64,000 nt of DNA from Verrucomicrobiota bacterium (GCA_049510745.1 JBEKYR010000007.1:32001-96000); one strand, 5' to 3'. Positions 46,214 to 57,600 are shown, counted from the first letter of the stretch. The notes: generated by a model not told the origin, from the sequence alone. Translations and numbers: made by a program.

Positions 46214-48034
46214 ATGGACCTGATTCACTTAAGTCTCAAACGCGTTGTTGTCGGCAATTACAAAAGCATCAAGCGCATTGAGTTGGATGACTTGAACAAC
46301 ATTGCGCTCCTGATGGGACGGAACAACGCCGGCAAATCCAATTGCCTGGACGCGTTCAAATTTCTCTCCGAAGCCTCCGTGAGCCTCGCGCGCGCCGTCG
46401 CGGTCCGCGGCAGCAGCCTGACCGATGTCATCCATCGCAAACGCGCTGACGAAACGATTGAGTTTCTGCTCGAGTTCGTTCCCGTTCCCCGGAAACGGAT
46501 CGAATTCATCCACCGCCTCTTTGCCGGGAATCAGCACATGTCGGCGGCCGACGCGATCAATTCCGGTTTTCTCTCCTCCTTGATCCTCAAAGTCGCGCTG
46601 GCCCAGGAGAGCTTCAGCGAGGAACTGTCCACTCCCAATGTGGTGGGGGACCGGCCCTTCGTGATTTTTTCCATCCAGGGGACGCCGCACAGCGTGGAGG
46701 CGTCCTGCGGGCAATTGGAGGCCCTGTGCAAACGATGCGGCGGCGAATTGCCGTCCGAGCCGGTGCCGCTGGAGACGAAAGCGGAGGGGTTGGAGCCGTA
46801 CCGATTGCGACTGGGGCGGCCGGAGGCGGCGGGAGCGTTTCCGGTTTCGCAGGAACTGGCCGAGGCGGTCTGGCAACAGTTCGCCCATCTGGAATGGGCC
46901 GATCCGTTGCGCAAAATGCCCACCTCCTCCCCCATCCTCGGCCAGCACACCCTGGCGGCCGATGTGTCCAATCTGCCCGACGTCTTGCACTGGCTCTACA
47001 ACAACAAGCCCAAACAATTCCGCAAGATCGAATCCGAAGTCTCGAAACTGGTCCCGAATCTGGGCAAGCTCTACACCCCGACCCTCCAGAACGCCGCCAC
47101 CCTGGGGCTGATCGACGATGCCGACGAAGACCTGGTGTATTCCATCAACCAGATGAGTTTCGGCACCCGCTCCGTCGTGGCCATCATCGCCAAGATCATC
47201 CTGGCCCAGCCGGGCGCCTGGGTCTGCATCGAGGAACCGGAAACCTACCTTCATCCCAAAGCCCAACTGGGCCTGTTCCACTTCCTGCGCGAGGAGGCGA
47301 AAAACAAACGGATTTTTGTCACGACCCATTCCACCGCCATTGCCGCCTCGTGCCCGCTCCCCTCCCTTTTCATCGTGCAGCGGGACGCCGGGCAATCGAC
47401 CGTGGCCTTGCCGGTCACGCCGGCCGAGGCTTTCGAGGTCATCGAGCAATTGGGGGTCAAGCCTTCCTTCAGCTTCGAGGCGGATGCGATTGTGTTTGTC
47501 GAAGAGGCCGATCATGTGGCGATCTTCGAGGCCTGGGCGCGGAAATTTCAATTCCACATCAAGGTGCAGTTTCTGGACGCGGAAGGCGCCTGCACGCTGC
47601 ATTACCACGCCAATACCCGCATCGCCTTGAGCAAGTTCGTCCATACCCTGGTCTTCGCCGTCTTCGGCAACGGCAGCGAGATGGCCAGCCGCACCCGGAA
47701 AACGATCGTCGAACAATTGCAACTGCCGCCGGAGCAGGTGGTCACGATGGACTTCCCGGAACTGGAAGGCTACCTGCTCGATCCGAAGGCGATTCTCCGC
47801 GCCTTTCCCGCCGTCACCCTTCCGCCGGCGGAGTTGGAAGCGCTCCTGGACCCGGCCCGGACGATGCCGGACCAGAAAAAGGCCTTGAGTGAATTGTTGA
47901 CACAATTCCGAATCGGCGAATACGACAGCCGCCTGGGCGCGCGCATCGCTGAAGCGATGGACGAACTGCCTGCGTGCGTCCGGCAATTGTTCGAGCAGAT
48001 TGACGCCAGCTCCAAACCGTATTGGAAGATTTGA
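46214..48034 (+). CDS. OLD-family-like ABC ATPase with degenerate TOPRIM domain
   Basis: NYKSI, GRNNAGKSN, MSFG, IEEPETYLHP, VTTHS; then IVFVEE.., VFGNG, ELEGYLL. Confidence 0.8.
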   Translation: MDLIHLSLKRVVVGNYKSIKRIELDDLNNIALLMGRNNAGKSNCLDAFKFLSEASVSLARAVAVRGSSLTDVIHRKRADETIEFLLEFVPVPRKRIEFIHRLFAGNQHMSAADAINSGFLSSLILKVALAQESFSEELSTPNVVGDRPFVIFSIQGTPHSVEASCGQLEALCKRCGGELPSEPVPLETKAEGLEPYRLRLGRPEAAGAFPVSQELAEAVWQQFAHLEWADPLRKMPTSSPILGQHTLAADVSNLPDVLHWLYNNKPKQFRKIESEVSKLVPNLGKLYTPTLQNAATLGLIDDADEDLVYSINQMSFGTRSVVAIIAKIILAQPGAWVCIEEPETYLHPKAQLGLFHFLREEAKNKRIFVTTHSTAIAASCPLPSLFIVQRDAGQSTVALPVTPAEAFEVIEQLGVKPSFSFEADAIVFVEEADHVAIFEAWARKFQFHIKVQFLDAEGACTLHYHANTRIALSKFVHTLVFAVFGNGSEMASRTRKTIVEQLQLPPEQVVTMDFPELEGYLLDPKAILRAFPAVTLPPAELEALLDPARTMPDQKKALSELLTQFRIGEYDSRLGARIAEAMDELPACVRQLFEQIDASSKPYWKI

Positions 48035-48068
48035 ACAATCCGGGTTAGTTTGTGGCGGTCAAAATGCT

Positions 48069-49166
48069 TTGAACTCGAAGTCCACACTGCAACTTTTGCG
48101 GTTCAGCCCGGCGCGCTGGCTGCTGGCCCTCCTGCTGGCCGTTTCGGCCTGGCCGGCCGGCGCGCAGCCTGCCGCGATTTCCGTTTCGAGAGGCGCGGCC
48201 GTGCCGGTTTCGGCCGCGCTGGCCATGCCCGGACCCGCCCCGGATCACCGGCTGGAACTGCCCGCCGTCTTTCGCAAGGCGGCGCCCGCCTCGATGGCTG
48301 ACTTGCAGGCCATCCAGAAATGCGTCGAGGCGCTGGTTCCCCAGGTTTCTCCGGCCGTGGTCGCGGTGGAAGTCGGCGTGGCCAGCGGCAGCGGGGTCAT
48401 CATCTCCGCCGATGGCCTGGTGCTGACGGCCGGGCACGTATGCGAAAGTCCCAATCGCAATGTCCGCTTTGAATTTCCCGACGGCAAAACGGCCAGGGGC
48501 AAGACGCTGGGTCTGGATGACGACGCCGACACCGGCTTGATGAAAATCACGGACCCCGGCCCCTGGCCCCATGTGGCTGTCGGAGATTTGGAGCAGGCGC
48601 GCCCGGGCGATTGGGTGCTGGCGCTGGGCCATCCCGGCGGTTTTGATGTCAAGCGTTCGCTGGTCGTGCGCCTGGGGCGCATCATCCGCCTGGCGCCGGG
48701 CGTGCTGCAAACCGATTGCATGATCAGTCCGGGCGACTCCGGCGGGCCTCTTTTCGACATGCAGGGCCGGGTCATCGGCATCCACACCGCCATCAGCAGT
48801 TCCAGCGCTGAAAATTTCCACGTGCCGATCACCGAATTCTACGACACCTGGAATCAATTGGTTCTGACGCCCCGCGCGGACGGCCGCCCGCGCCCTCCGC
48901 CGGCCTACGCCGGCGTCAGCGTCGTGGATGACGCCGCCGGCTGCCGCCTCCGTGCGATTGACAACAACAGTCCCGCCTCGAAGGCCGGGCTGAAAATCGA
49001 CGACGTGATCCTCAAAGTGGAAGGGCGCACCCTCGCGGCCTCGGCGTCCTTTGCGCGCTGGGTGGCCGAGGCCGGCCCCGGTGAAACGTTGGCTCTGCAA
49101 GTCAAGCGCGGCGACAAACTCCTCTCCTTGAATTTGAAACTCCAACCCCCGCCGCAGAACAACTGA
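48069..49166 (+). CDS. HtrA/DegP-like S1C serine protease with PDZ domain (start uncertain)
   Basis: Signal peptide; GSGVII, LTAGHV, DTGL, PGDSGGPL; C-terminal PDZ (SPASKAGLKIDDVI). Confidence 0.92.
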   Translation: MNSKSTLQLLRFSPARWLLALLLAVSAWPAGAQPAAISVSRGAAVPVSAALAMPGPAPDHRLELPAVFRKAAPASMADLQAIQKCVEALVPQVSPAVVAVEVGVASGSGVIISADGLVLTAGHVCESPNRNVRFEFPDGKTARGKTLGLDDDADTGLMKITDPGPWPHVAVGDLEQARPGDWVLALGHPGGFDVKRSLVVRLGRIIRLAPGVLQTDCMISPGDSGGPLFDMQGRVIGIHTAISSSSAENFHVPITEFYDTWNQLVLTPRADGRPRPPPAYAGVSVVDDAAGCRLRAIDNNSPASKAGLKIDDVILKVEGRTLAASASFARWVAEAGPGETLALQVKRGDKLLSLNLKLQPPPQNN

Positions 49167-49173
49167 GAGCCTG

Positions 49174-50217
49174 ATGAATCTCCCGCGTTTCCATCCCGCC
49201 CGCTGGCTGCTGGCCGCCGCGCTCTTGTGGGGCGGTCTGCCCCGGATGGCGCCGGCGCAGGACTTGTCCCTGTATCCCGCCCTGCCGCATTCCCGTTTTC
49301 GCAGCGGCGAAGAAACCTTGGCGGCGTTTGCGCCCGTCTCGGCGGCGGCGCGGGATTCGATCGTGGAAGTGAATGTCGATGGAGACGCGGTGGCGCTGGG
49401 CACGGTCGTCGAGGCCGGCGGGCTGGCCCTGACCAAAGCCAGCGAGATCAAGCCGGGCAAACTGACCTGCTGGCTCGCCGCCGGGAAAGAGGTCGCGGCC
49501 GAGGTGCTCGCCATTGACGAGGACGACGATGTGGCGCTGCTGCGCGTGCAGGCCCAGGGGTTGAAGCCGATCCGATGGGCGGCGCAGAAGGTGGCGGTCG
49601 GGCAATGGGCCATTACGCCCGCCCTGGCCGAAACTCCGCAAGCCGTCGGCATCATTAGCGCCCTGTCGCGCAGAATCCGGCCCGAGCGCGCTTTTATCGG
49701 TGTGGACTGGGACCCCAACCAAAGCAACTCCGTGCCCGAGGTCCACGCGCTCGAACCCGGACTGGGCGCCGAAAAGGCCGGCGTCAAACCGGGCGACGTC
49801 ATCGTGGCTGTCAACAACGAACTGGTCACGACGCGCGAGCGGGTTTCGGAGATTTTGCGCGACTTCCGCGAGGGCCAGACCGTCCAGCTCCGTTTGGACC
49901 GCGACGGCCGGCAGATCGACGCGGAGGTCAAGTTGATGGCGCCGAGATCGGCAGGTTTTGCCCGGCAGCGCAACAATCGCCTGGCGGGCGACACCAGCCA
50001 GCGCGCCGAGGGATTCGACGAGGCCATCGAGCACGACACGGTTCTGCCACCCTGGCTGTGCGGCGGCCCGCTGGTGAACCTGGACGGCGAAGCCATCGGG
50101 CTGAACATCGCGCGGGCCAGCCGGGTCGCGACCTACGCGCTGCCCGCCCCCCTGGCGCAGAAGATACTCCAAACTCTCAAGGCCGCGCCCGCGTCAGCCC
50201 GTCAAACCGGCAAATGA
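49174..50217 (+). CDS. S1C-like pseudo-protease with internal PDZ domain
   Basis: LTKASE (catalytic His absent), DVALL, PDZ (GAEKAGVKPGDVI) before HDTVL..LCGGPLVNLDG. Confidence 0.8.
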   Translation: MNLPRFHPARWLLAAALLWGGLPRMAPAQDLSLYPALPHSRFRSGEETLAAFAPVSAAARDSIVEVNVDGDAVALGTVVEAGGLALTKASEIKPGKLTCWLAAGKEVAAEVLAIDEDDDVALLRVQAQGLKPIRWAAQKVAVGQWAITPALAETPQAVGIISALSRRIRPERAFIGVDWDPNQSNSVPEVHALEPGLGAEKAGVKPGDVIVAVNNELVTTRERVSEILRDFREGQTVQLRLDRDGRQIDAEVKLMAPRSAGFARQRNNRLAGDTSQRAEGFDEAIEHDTVLPPWLCGGPLVNLDGEAIGLNIARASRVATYALPAPLAQKILQTLKAAPASARQTGK

Positions 50218-50238
50218 CTTTGGAGTTTGAAATTTCAA

Positions 50239-51066
50239 TTACTTCCCAAGGTTCGCGTGCAGCACGGCGAAGGTCCTTAAAAACCAAGCCATCTCGTTGC
50301 GCTTGCTTTCGACCGTGGCCACAACGTCCGAATGCGACAGCACTCCGGTTTTTTCGTCGCCGCCGGCCTTGTTGGTGATGCAGGAAACGCCCACCACCGC
50401 CAGGCCGCATTGCCGCGCCACGATCGCTTCCGGCACGGTGCTCATGCCGACGGCGTCGGCGCCCAGGCGGCGGAAGGCGCGGATTTCCGCGGGCGTTTCG
50501 TAGTTCGGGCCGGACACGGCCAGGTACACGCCCGTGCGCAACCGGAGCCGGCTGGCCTTGGCCGCTTTCTTGGCCACCTCGATCAGGCGCCGGTCATAGA
50601 CCCGCGTCAGATCGACAAACTGCGGCAGGCCCGGATAAGTCGGCCCGCGCAACGGATTGGCCCCCATGAAATTGATGTGGTCGTCCAGCGCCATGAAGTC
50701 GCCCGCGCGGAACGAGGTGTTGACCGCGCCCGCCGCGTTGGTCAACAATAAAGTCCGCACCCCGAACTCCGCCAGCACCCGCACCGGAAACGTCAGCCGC
50801 TCCATCTCGTGCCCCTCGTAGTAATGCGCCCGCCCCTTGAGCACGACGACCGGGACCGTCTCGAATTTGCCAAACACCAGCTTGCCCGCGTGGCCGGTCA
50901 CGCCGACCGTCGGAAACCCGGCAATCTGGCTGTAGGCAATCTCGCGCGCCACCTCCAACTCGTCCAGGGCGTGCTGGAAACCGCTGCCCAGCACCATGCC
51001 CAGCGCGGGCCGGAGCGGCGTTTCTTTCTTCAACTGCGCCGCCGTCGTTTTCGGATCAAAACTCAT
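50239..51066 (-). CDS. punA: Purine-nucleoside phosphorylase (trimeric type)
   Basis: VLGSG, GHAG, GRAHYYEG, TNAAG, GPNYETPAE, VGMSTVPE. Confidence 0.93.
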   Translation of the reverse strand: MSFDPKTTAAQLKKETPLRPALGMVLGSGFQHALDELEVAREIAYSQIAGFPTVGVTGHAGKLVFGKFETVPVVVLKGRAHYYEGHEMERLTFPVRVLAEFGVRTLLLTNAAGAVNTSFRAGDFMALDDHINFMGANPLRGPTYPGLPQFVDLTRVYDRRLIEVAKKAAKASRLRLRTGVYLAVSGPNYETPAEIRAFRRLGADAVGMSTVPEAIVARQCGLAVVGVSCITNKAGGDEKTGVLSHSDVVATVESKRNEMAWFLRTFAVLHANLGK

Positions 51067-51135
51067 CGTTGTGCCGGGATTATTGGCTCAGGTCCGCCGC
51101 CGAGCGCAATTCTTTTCGTGCGGCGCAATTGCGAG

Positions 51136-51897
51136 CTACAACCCCGTTGGATGATCCAGAAATGTCCAGGGGACGCCGAAGGTTCTTGATAACTCGGCGG
51201 CCAGGGCCTTGACTCCGAATGTTTCGGTCGCGTAATGGCCGCCGTAGAAAACGTTCAATCCCAATTCCTCCGCCAGCGCGCAGGTCCAGTGCGGGCCTTC
51301 GCCGGTGATGAACGTGTCCACTCCTTCCTGCGCCGCCAGTTTAAGCTGGCTCCCCGCGCCGCCCGTGACGACGCCAATCCGTTGGCATCGCCCGGCGCCG
51401 CCGGGCAGCACAACCGGCGCGCGGCCCAGGACGGCGGCCAGCTTTTTCGAAAGAGCTTCGCGCGAGATGTTCGTCCGCGTCCGCCAGCCGATGTGCCGGC
51501 CTTTTTCCAGGAAGAACGGCCGCAAGTTTTTAAAGCCCAGCGCGGCGCATAACTTCGCGTTGTTGCCCAGGCGCGGATGCGCGTCGAGCGGCAGGTGCGA
51601 ACTGTAAATGGCCAGATCGTTTCCGAGCAAGAGGCCGAGCATTTCCCGGCGGCGGCCCGTCCACGGAACGGTCGGACTCCAAAACAACCCGTGATGCACG
51701 AGCAGCAGGCGCGCTTGCGCGGCGATGGCCAGTTTGATGGTGGCCAGCGACGCATCGACCGCGGCCGCGATTTTCGTCACGGCCCCCGAGTTTTCCACTT
51801 GCAGGCCGTTGACGGCGCCGTCCCAGTCGGAAAAAGTTTCGGGGCGGAGAATTTTCTGGCAGTGGCGGACGATTTTGGCCAGGGGCGCTGTTGGCAT
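51136..51897 (-). CDS. Nif3-like dinuclear metal centre protein (DUF34/YbgI)
   Basis: NGLQVE, LVHHGLFW, HLPLDAHP..GNN, ITGE, GHYATE. Confidence 0.95.
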   Translation of the reverse strand: MPTAPLAKIVRHCQKILRPETFSDWDGAVNGLQVENSGAVTKIAAAVDASLATIKLAIAAQARLLLVHHGLFWSPTVPWTGRRREMLGLLLGNDLAIYSSHLPLDAHPRLGNNAKLCAALGFKNLRPFFLEKGRHIGWRTRTNISREALSKKLAAVLGRAPVVLPGGAGRCQRIGVVTGGAGSQLKLAAQEGVDTFITGEGPHWTCALAEELGLNVFYGGHYATETFGVKALAAELSRTFGVPWTFLDHPTGL

Positions 51898-52009
51898 GGC
51901 TGCAGGAGAACAAAAACGGCGGAGATTTTCAACACGGGAAAAATTTTTGCAACCCGTTGTTGAATTCCTCAGCGGTCTTCTTATAGTGCGAGAGGAGTTT
52001 GAAATAGAA

Positions 52010-53947
52010 ATGAGCCAAGTTGCCTCGCCGACCGCTCCCTGGGACATCCAGGCCGCGCGCGCCCTTTACAACATCAATCGTTGGGGGGTGAAGTACTTCG
52101 ACATCAATGAAGCCGGGCACGTCGTCGCCATGCCGTTGCGCGAGAACGGGGCGGTGGTGGATTTGACGGACGTGATCGAAGAGGCCAAGGGCCGGGGTTT
52201 GAAGTTTCCGGTGCTCATTCGTTTCCAGGATATATTGCGCGACCGGGTGGAGGCGATCAACCAGGCCTTCGCCGCGTCCATCGCCGAGTTCACTTATCAA
52301 AACAAATACCGCGGCGTCTTTCCGATCAAGGTCAACCAACTGCGCGAGGTGGTGGAGGAGATTCTGGACGCGGGCAAACCTTACCAATTCGGCCTGGAAG
52401 TGGGGAGCAAGCCGGAGTTGTTCGCCGGTCTGGCCCTGCAGAACCAGCCGGGCTGCCTCATCGTTTGCAACGGCTACAAGGACGCGCTCTTCATCCGCAT
52501 GGCGCTGATGGGCATCAAGCTGGGCAAAAAGGTGGTCCTGGTGGTCGAGAAGATCGAGGAGTTGAAACAAATCATCGTCGTCTCGCGCCAGATGGGGGTC
52601 GAGCCGCTCATCGGCATCCGCGTCCGTTTGATCAGCAAGGGAGCGGGCAAATGGGCCGACAGCGGCGGGGAGAACGCGAAGTTCGGGCTGAACACCGCCG
52701 AGCTGCTGGCCGCCGCCGATATTTTGCGCGCGGAAAAAATGGAGCATTGCCTGCGGCTGCTGCATTTCCACATTGGCTCGCAGGTGCCGGACATCCTGAC
52801 GATCAAGAAAGCGGTGCAGGAAGCGGCGCGCTTTTACGCCAAACTCTACAAAATGGGTTTTGCCATCGAATCGCTCGATGTCGGCGGCGGTTTGGGGGTC
52901 GATTACGACGGCAGCCGCTCGGCCTTTGACAGTTCGACCAATTACACCCTGCAGGAGTACACCAACGACATTGTTTTTTACATCGCCGAGGTTTGCAACC
53001 AGGAGCAAGTGCCCCATCCGCAGATCATCAGTGAAAGCGGGCGCGCCATTGTCGCCCACCACAGCGTGTTGCTGGTGGAGACGTTCGGCACGATCGAGAA
53101 AACCGGCTCCGGCCCGCCCATGGCCTACGGCGAAAACGAGCACGCGCTGGTGCGCGATCTTCTGGACATCCGCAAGAACCTGCCGCTGCTCAACAAATTG
53201 GAGGCCTTGCACGACGCGACCGACCGGCGGGAAGAGGCGCAGCACATGTTTGCGCTGGGCCTGCTGGAATTGAGCGACAAGGCGAAAATCGAGACGCTTT
53301 ACTGGGAAATCGGGCAGGGGGTCGTGCAGAGTTTTCGCGGCCAGGGGTATGCGCCGGAGGAAATTCGCAAGCTCGAGGACAACCTCGGCGACCAGTACCT
53401 TTGCAATTTTTCCGTCTTCCAATCGCTGCTCGACCATTGGGCGCTGGGCCAGCTCTTCCCCATCATGCCCGTCAGCCGGCTCAACGAGAGGCCGACCCGC
53501 GAAGCCACCCTGGTGGATATCACGTGCGATTCGGACGGCGAGGTGAAGAAATTCATCGACTTGTTCGACGTGCGCGACACCCTGCCGTTGCACGCTCCGC
53601 GCCTCAACGGCAACGGCCCCGAACCGTATTATTTGGGGTTTTTCCTCATGGGCGCCTATCAGGACATCATGGGCGATCTGCACAATCTTTTCGGACGCGT
53701 CAACGAACTGCATGTCTTCCTGGACCCGGACGAGCCGTCCGGCTATTACGTCGAGGAAATCATCGAAGGCTCGACCATCGTGCAGACGCTGACCTCGGTG
53801 CAATACGATGAAAACGAATTGAAGCGCCAGATGAAGATGCAAATCGACGAGGCCATCAAGTCCGACCGCCTCAAGCCCTCGGAAGGCATGCGCCTGCTGG
53901 ACGATTATGAACGCGGCCTCAAGGAGTACACCTACCTGACCATTTGA
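52010..53947 (+). CDS. speA: Biosynthetic arginine decarboxylase
   Basis: FPIKVNQ, GLEVGSKPEL, HFHIGSQ, DVGGGLGVDYDG, DITCDSDG, GAYQDIMGDLHNLFG. Confidence 0.97.
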   Translation: MSQVASPTAPWDIQAARALYNINRWGVKYFDINEAGHVVAMPLRENGAVVDLTDVIEEAKGRGLKFPVLIRFQDILRDRVEAINQAFAASIAEFTYQNKYRGVFPIKVNQLREVVEEILDAGKPYQFGLEVGSKPELFAGLALQNQPGCLIVCNGYKDALFIRMALMGIKLGKKVVLVVEKIEELKQIIVVSRQMGVEPLIGIRVRLISKGAGKWADSGGENAKFGLNTAELLAAADILRAEKMEHCLRLLHFHIGSQVPDILTIKKAVQEAARFYAKLYKMGFAIESLDVGGGLGVDYDGSRSAFDSSTNYTLQEYTNDIVFYIAEVCNQEQVPHPQIISESGRAIVAHHSVLLVETFGTIEKTGSGPPMAYGENEHALVRDLLDIRKNLPLLNKLEALHDATDRREEAQHMFALGLLELSDKAKIETLYWEIGQGVVQSFRGQGYAPEEIRKLEDNLGDQYLCNFSVFQSLLDHWALGQLFPIMPVSRLNERPTREATLVDITCDSDGEVKKFIDLFDVRDTLPLHAPRLNGNGPEPYYLGFFLMGAYQDIMGDLHNLFGRVNELHVFLDPDEPSGYYVEEIIEGSTIVQTLTSVQYDENELKRQMKMQIDEAIKSDRLKPSEGMRLLDDYERGLKEYTYLTI

Positions 53948-53953
53948 ACCGGG

Positions 53954-54640
53954 ATGGATGCCGCCAAAGCCGATCTCATGCGCGCCCTCGGGCGGTTGGC
54001 GCGCGGTCTGTCAACGCTGTTTTGGTGCCTGCCGTTGACGCTGGTGGCGCAGGTGGAGACGGGGCGGACGGACTGGGTGGGGTTTTTGGGCGCGTTTGCT
54101 TTTGTGCCGGCGTTGGTTCTCAGCGGCCTGCTCTGGCATGGGCTGCGCCAACTGCGGGATTTTCAGAGGCAGGAGCGCGTCTGGCAGCAGGCACTGGATC
54201 GGGCGGAGTTTCTCGCCATCGTCAACGCTGGCTTGTCGCCGTTTTTGTTTTGGTGGCACCGCTTTCCCCTCGTCCCGCTTTACATCGTTTGCGTCGATTT
54301 CCTGGCGGTGGCGGGCCTGCTTTTTTTGATGCAGCTCAACCGCGTGCTGCTTCGGCTCAGCGCGATGCTGCCCGATGAAATGCTGCGGTTGGAGACCCGG
54401 ACGTTCACCGGCTTGAACATCTGGATGCTGCTGGCCGTGTTGGCGGGCTTCAGCGCCGAGCGCATCCTGCGGGGCGTGCTGGGCGCGCCGCGGCTCCTGG
54501 GCGCTTTTCCGTGGGGGTTGCAAGAGGCGGCCGTGTGGCTGGCGTTATTCTTTGCGTTGATGCCGGTGGCGATGACCCTGGCGCTCCTGTGGAAAATCAA
54601 GGAGGCGATTTTCACCAGCCTGATTGAAACGGAGCGGTGA
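53954..54640 (+). CDS. Hypothetical integral membrane protein
   Basis: 228 aa, about 6 TM segments, directly downstream of speA. Confidence 0.75.
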   Translation: MDAAKADLMRALGRLARGLSTLFWCLPLTLVAQVETGRTDWVGFLGAFAFVPALVLSGLLWHGLRQLRDFQRQERVWQQALDRAEFLAIVNAGLSPFLFWWHRFPLVPLYIVCVDFLAVAGLLFLMQLNRVLLRLSAMLPDEMLRLETRTFTGLNIWMLLAVLAGFSAERILRGVLGAPRLLGAFPWGLQEAAVWLALFFALMPVAMTLALLWKIKEAIFTSLIETER

Positions 54641-54685
54641 ATTTGTCCGTGTTCAAGTCACACTTCGGGCATCCAGCCTTTCCTG

Positions 54686-57600
54686 TTACGGCGTTATGAG
54701 CATGGCGCGGTAAAACTGGTCGGGATTGGCCGTGTTGGTGTCGGTGAAAGACCAGTTGCCGTTGGCATCGGCAGCGTTGGTGACCAGAGGCTGCCAGTTT
54801 ACGGGCGGTGTGAGGTTGGCCGCCACCTGCAGCACATACGAATAGCCCGGCGTGCCGGTGAATTGAAACTGCACGCCTTGTCCGGCGCCCAAGGCGGCGC
54901 TCAAGGGTGGCAAAGCCACGTTCAGAGTGGCTATGCTGCTCGTGACGCTGCCGTAAGGGCTTGTCACCACCACGTCGTACATTCCAGCACTGCCCCCGGT
55001 TACATTCGACAGCAGGAGTAGCGGGGTTTGATAAAGAACCTCGCGGATGCGGTTATTGTGCATGTCCGCAATGAAAACGTCCCCGGCCGCATTCACGGCC
55101 ACGCCAATGGGAAGGGCCAGTTCGGCATCGACAGGCCATCCACCATCGCCGAGAAAACCCTCCGTCCCATTGCCTGCCAGTGTGGTGATTGTGCCCGTGT
55201 TTGCGACTTTGCGGACTCGGAAATTACCGCCGTCGGCGATAAACAGATTGCCGAACCCATCAACGGCCACAGCGTACGGATGGTTCAGGGCGGCATTGGT
55301 CGCCGCACCGCCGTCACCTGAGAATCCCGCAGTCCCATTGCCCGCGACGGTGGCAACAAGGCCGTTGGTTCCAATCTGCCGAATTCGAGAATTCCCTAAG
55401 TCCGCGATGAATAAATTGCCGGAGCTATCAAAGGCGATGCCCCAAGGACCATGAAACGTGGCATTGGTGGCCGGGCCGCCATCGCCCGAAAAACCGGGCG
55501 CGCCCGTGCCTGCCACGGTGGTGATGGAGCCGCTGGCGCTCACTTCCCGTATGCGGTTGCTGGACGTATCCGCAATGAACAGATTGCCCAGACTGTTTAC
55601 GGCCAGTCCACGAGGAGAGGAGAGACTGGCATTGGTCGCCAAGACCCCATTGCCGGAGGAGTTGGTTCCGCCACCCGCCGCGGTGGTGATGATGCCGTTG
55701 GTTCCGACTTTACGAATCACATCATTTTCCAAATCCACGATGAACAAGTTGCCAAGATTGTCCGCCGCGACAGCAACAGGTTCCGACATGGTTGCGTTGG
55801 TTGCCGGGCCTCCATTGCCGGTATAACCATACGATCCGTTTCCTGCCACAGTGCTGGTAATGCCATTGGTCCGTATCTCACGAACGAGGTCGTTTCCCAC
55901 ATCGCAATAAAGGAGATTGCCTGAAGGGTCCAGCGCCACTGCGATAGGCTCCCGAATGCAGGCATTGACGGCCGCGCCTCCGTCCCCGATGCCACCGCCT
56001 GCAACCGTATTGATGACGCCGCCAACTTTTGTCTGACGCACACGACCGTTGTCGGTGTCCGCAATGATAACGTTCCCCAGAGAGTCCACCGCCAGGCCTT
56101 GAGGATAACCCAATTCCGCGTTGACCGCCGGGCCGCCATCGCCCGAATAGCCGCCCACTCCCCCCCGCCCCGCGACCGTGGTGATGATCCCATTGGTTCC
56201 GACTTCGCGGATGACGCTATTATTGCCATCGGCAATGAACAGGCTGCCGGAGGCGTCCACGGCCACAGCCGTCGGATAGTAGAGAGAGGCGTTGGTCGCC
56301 GGGCCGCCGTTTCCAGAGTAACCTCCTGAGCCGCCGTCGCCGGCCACCGTCGTGATAATGCCGTTGGTGGCCACCTCCCGGATGCGCTGGTTATATTGAT
56401 CCGCGATAAACAGATTGCCCGAGGCGTCCAGCGCCAACCCGCCAGGATAAGACAAGAGGGCGTTGGCGGCCGGGCCGCCATCGCCGGAGAATCCATTCGT
56501 GCCATTGCCCGCCACCGTGGTAATAATGCCGTTGGCAGCCAACTTACGGATGCAGTTGTTGCCGCTGTCGGCGATGAACAGGTTGCCGTAAATGTCCACG
56601 GCCACGCCGGAAGGGCCGTTGAGTTCGGCATTCGTGCCCGCCCCGCCGTCGCCAAAATATCCATACTTGCCGTTCCCTGCTATCGTAGTGATGATGCCAT
56701 TGGTGTTCACTTGGCGGATGCGGTTGTTGAGCATATCCGCTATGAACAGGTTGCCGAGGTTGTCCACCGCCACGGCAGCGGGAAGAGCCAGGCTGGCACT
56801 GGTGGCTGCGCCGCCGTCACCCGAGTAGCTCCCGAAACTGTCGTAGGTCACCTTTCCCGCCACCGTCGTGAGAATGCCGTTGACCGCCACTTTGCAGATT
56901 CGGTTATTGTACTGGTCAGTAACAAATAGATTTCCCATGGCGTCCATCGCCACGGCGCATGGATCATCGAGCATGGTATTGGTCGCCCAACCGCCCGTGT
57001 CCTCGCCCGCAACGGTGATGATGACGGGATTGGGAAAACTCACGCCGTTGAGTTGCCACTGGTAAGTGAACGGGCCGGTGCCGGAAACCGCGACGGTGAA
57101 CGAGGCCGTGCCCGCCGCAAGCGCCGTTTGGCTGGCAGGTTCGGAGTCAATGACCGGCGCCAATCCAACGGTCAAAGCCGCCACGGCGCTGGTCACGCTG
57201 CCGTAGTTGTTCGTGACCACAACGGTGTAATTGCCGGCTTCATTGGTGGAAACGTTTGTCAGAGTCAAAATTGAGTCCGTGGCGCCGCTTAGGTTCGTGC
57301 CATCAAACTGCCACTGATATGACAAAGGGTCTGTCCCGTCCGCGGTGACAGTGAAAGCGGCACTGTAGCCAATCCCGGCAGCCTCGGACGCCGGCTGGAC
57401 TGTGATCGAGGGCGGATACAACACGGTCAAGGTGGCCACCGCGCTGGTGACGCTGCCGTAAGGACCCGTCACGATGACGTCGTAATTGCCCGCGTTGTTG
57501 AAAGCCACATTGTTCACGAGAAAGGCCGGGCCTTGAAGGATCACTTTGGCAATTCGAGGTGGCTCAACCACACTTTGCGTCATAAAGATGTTCCCATAAG

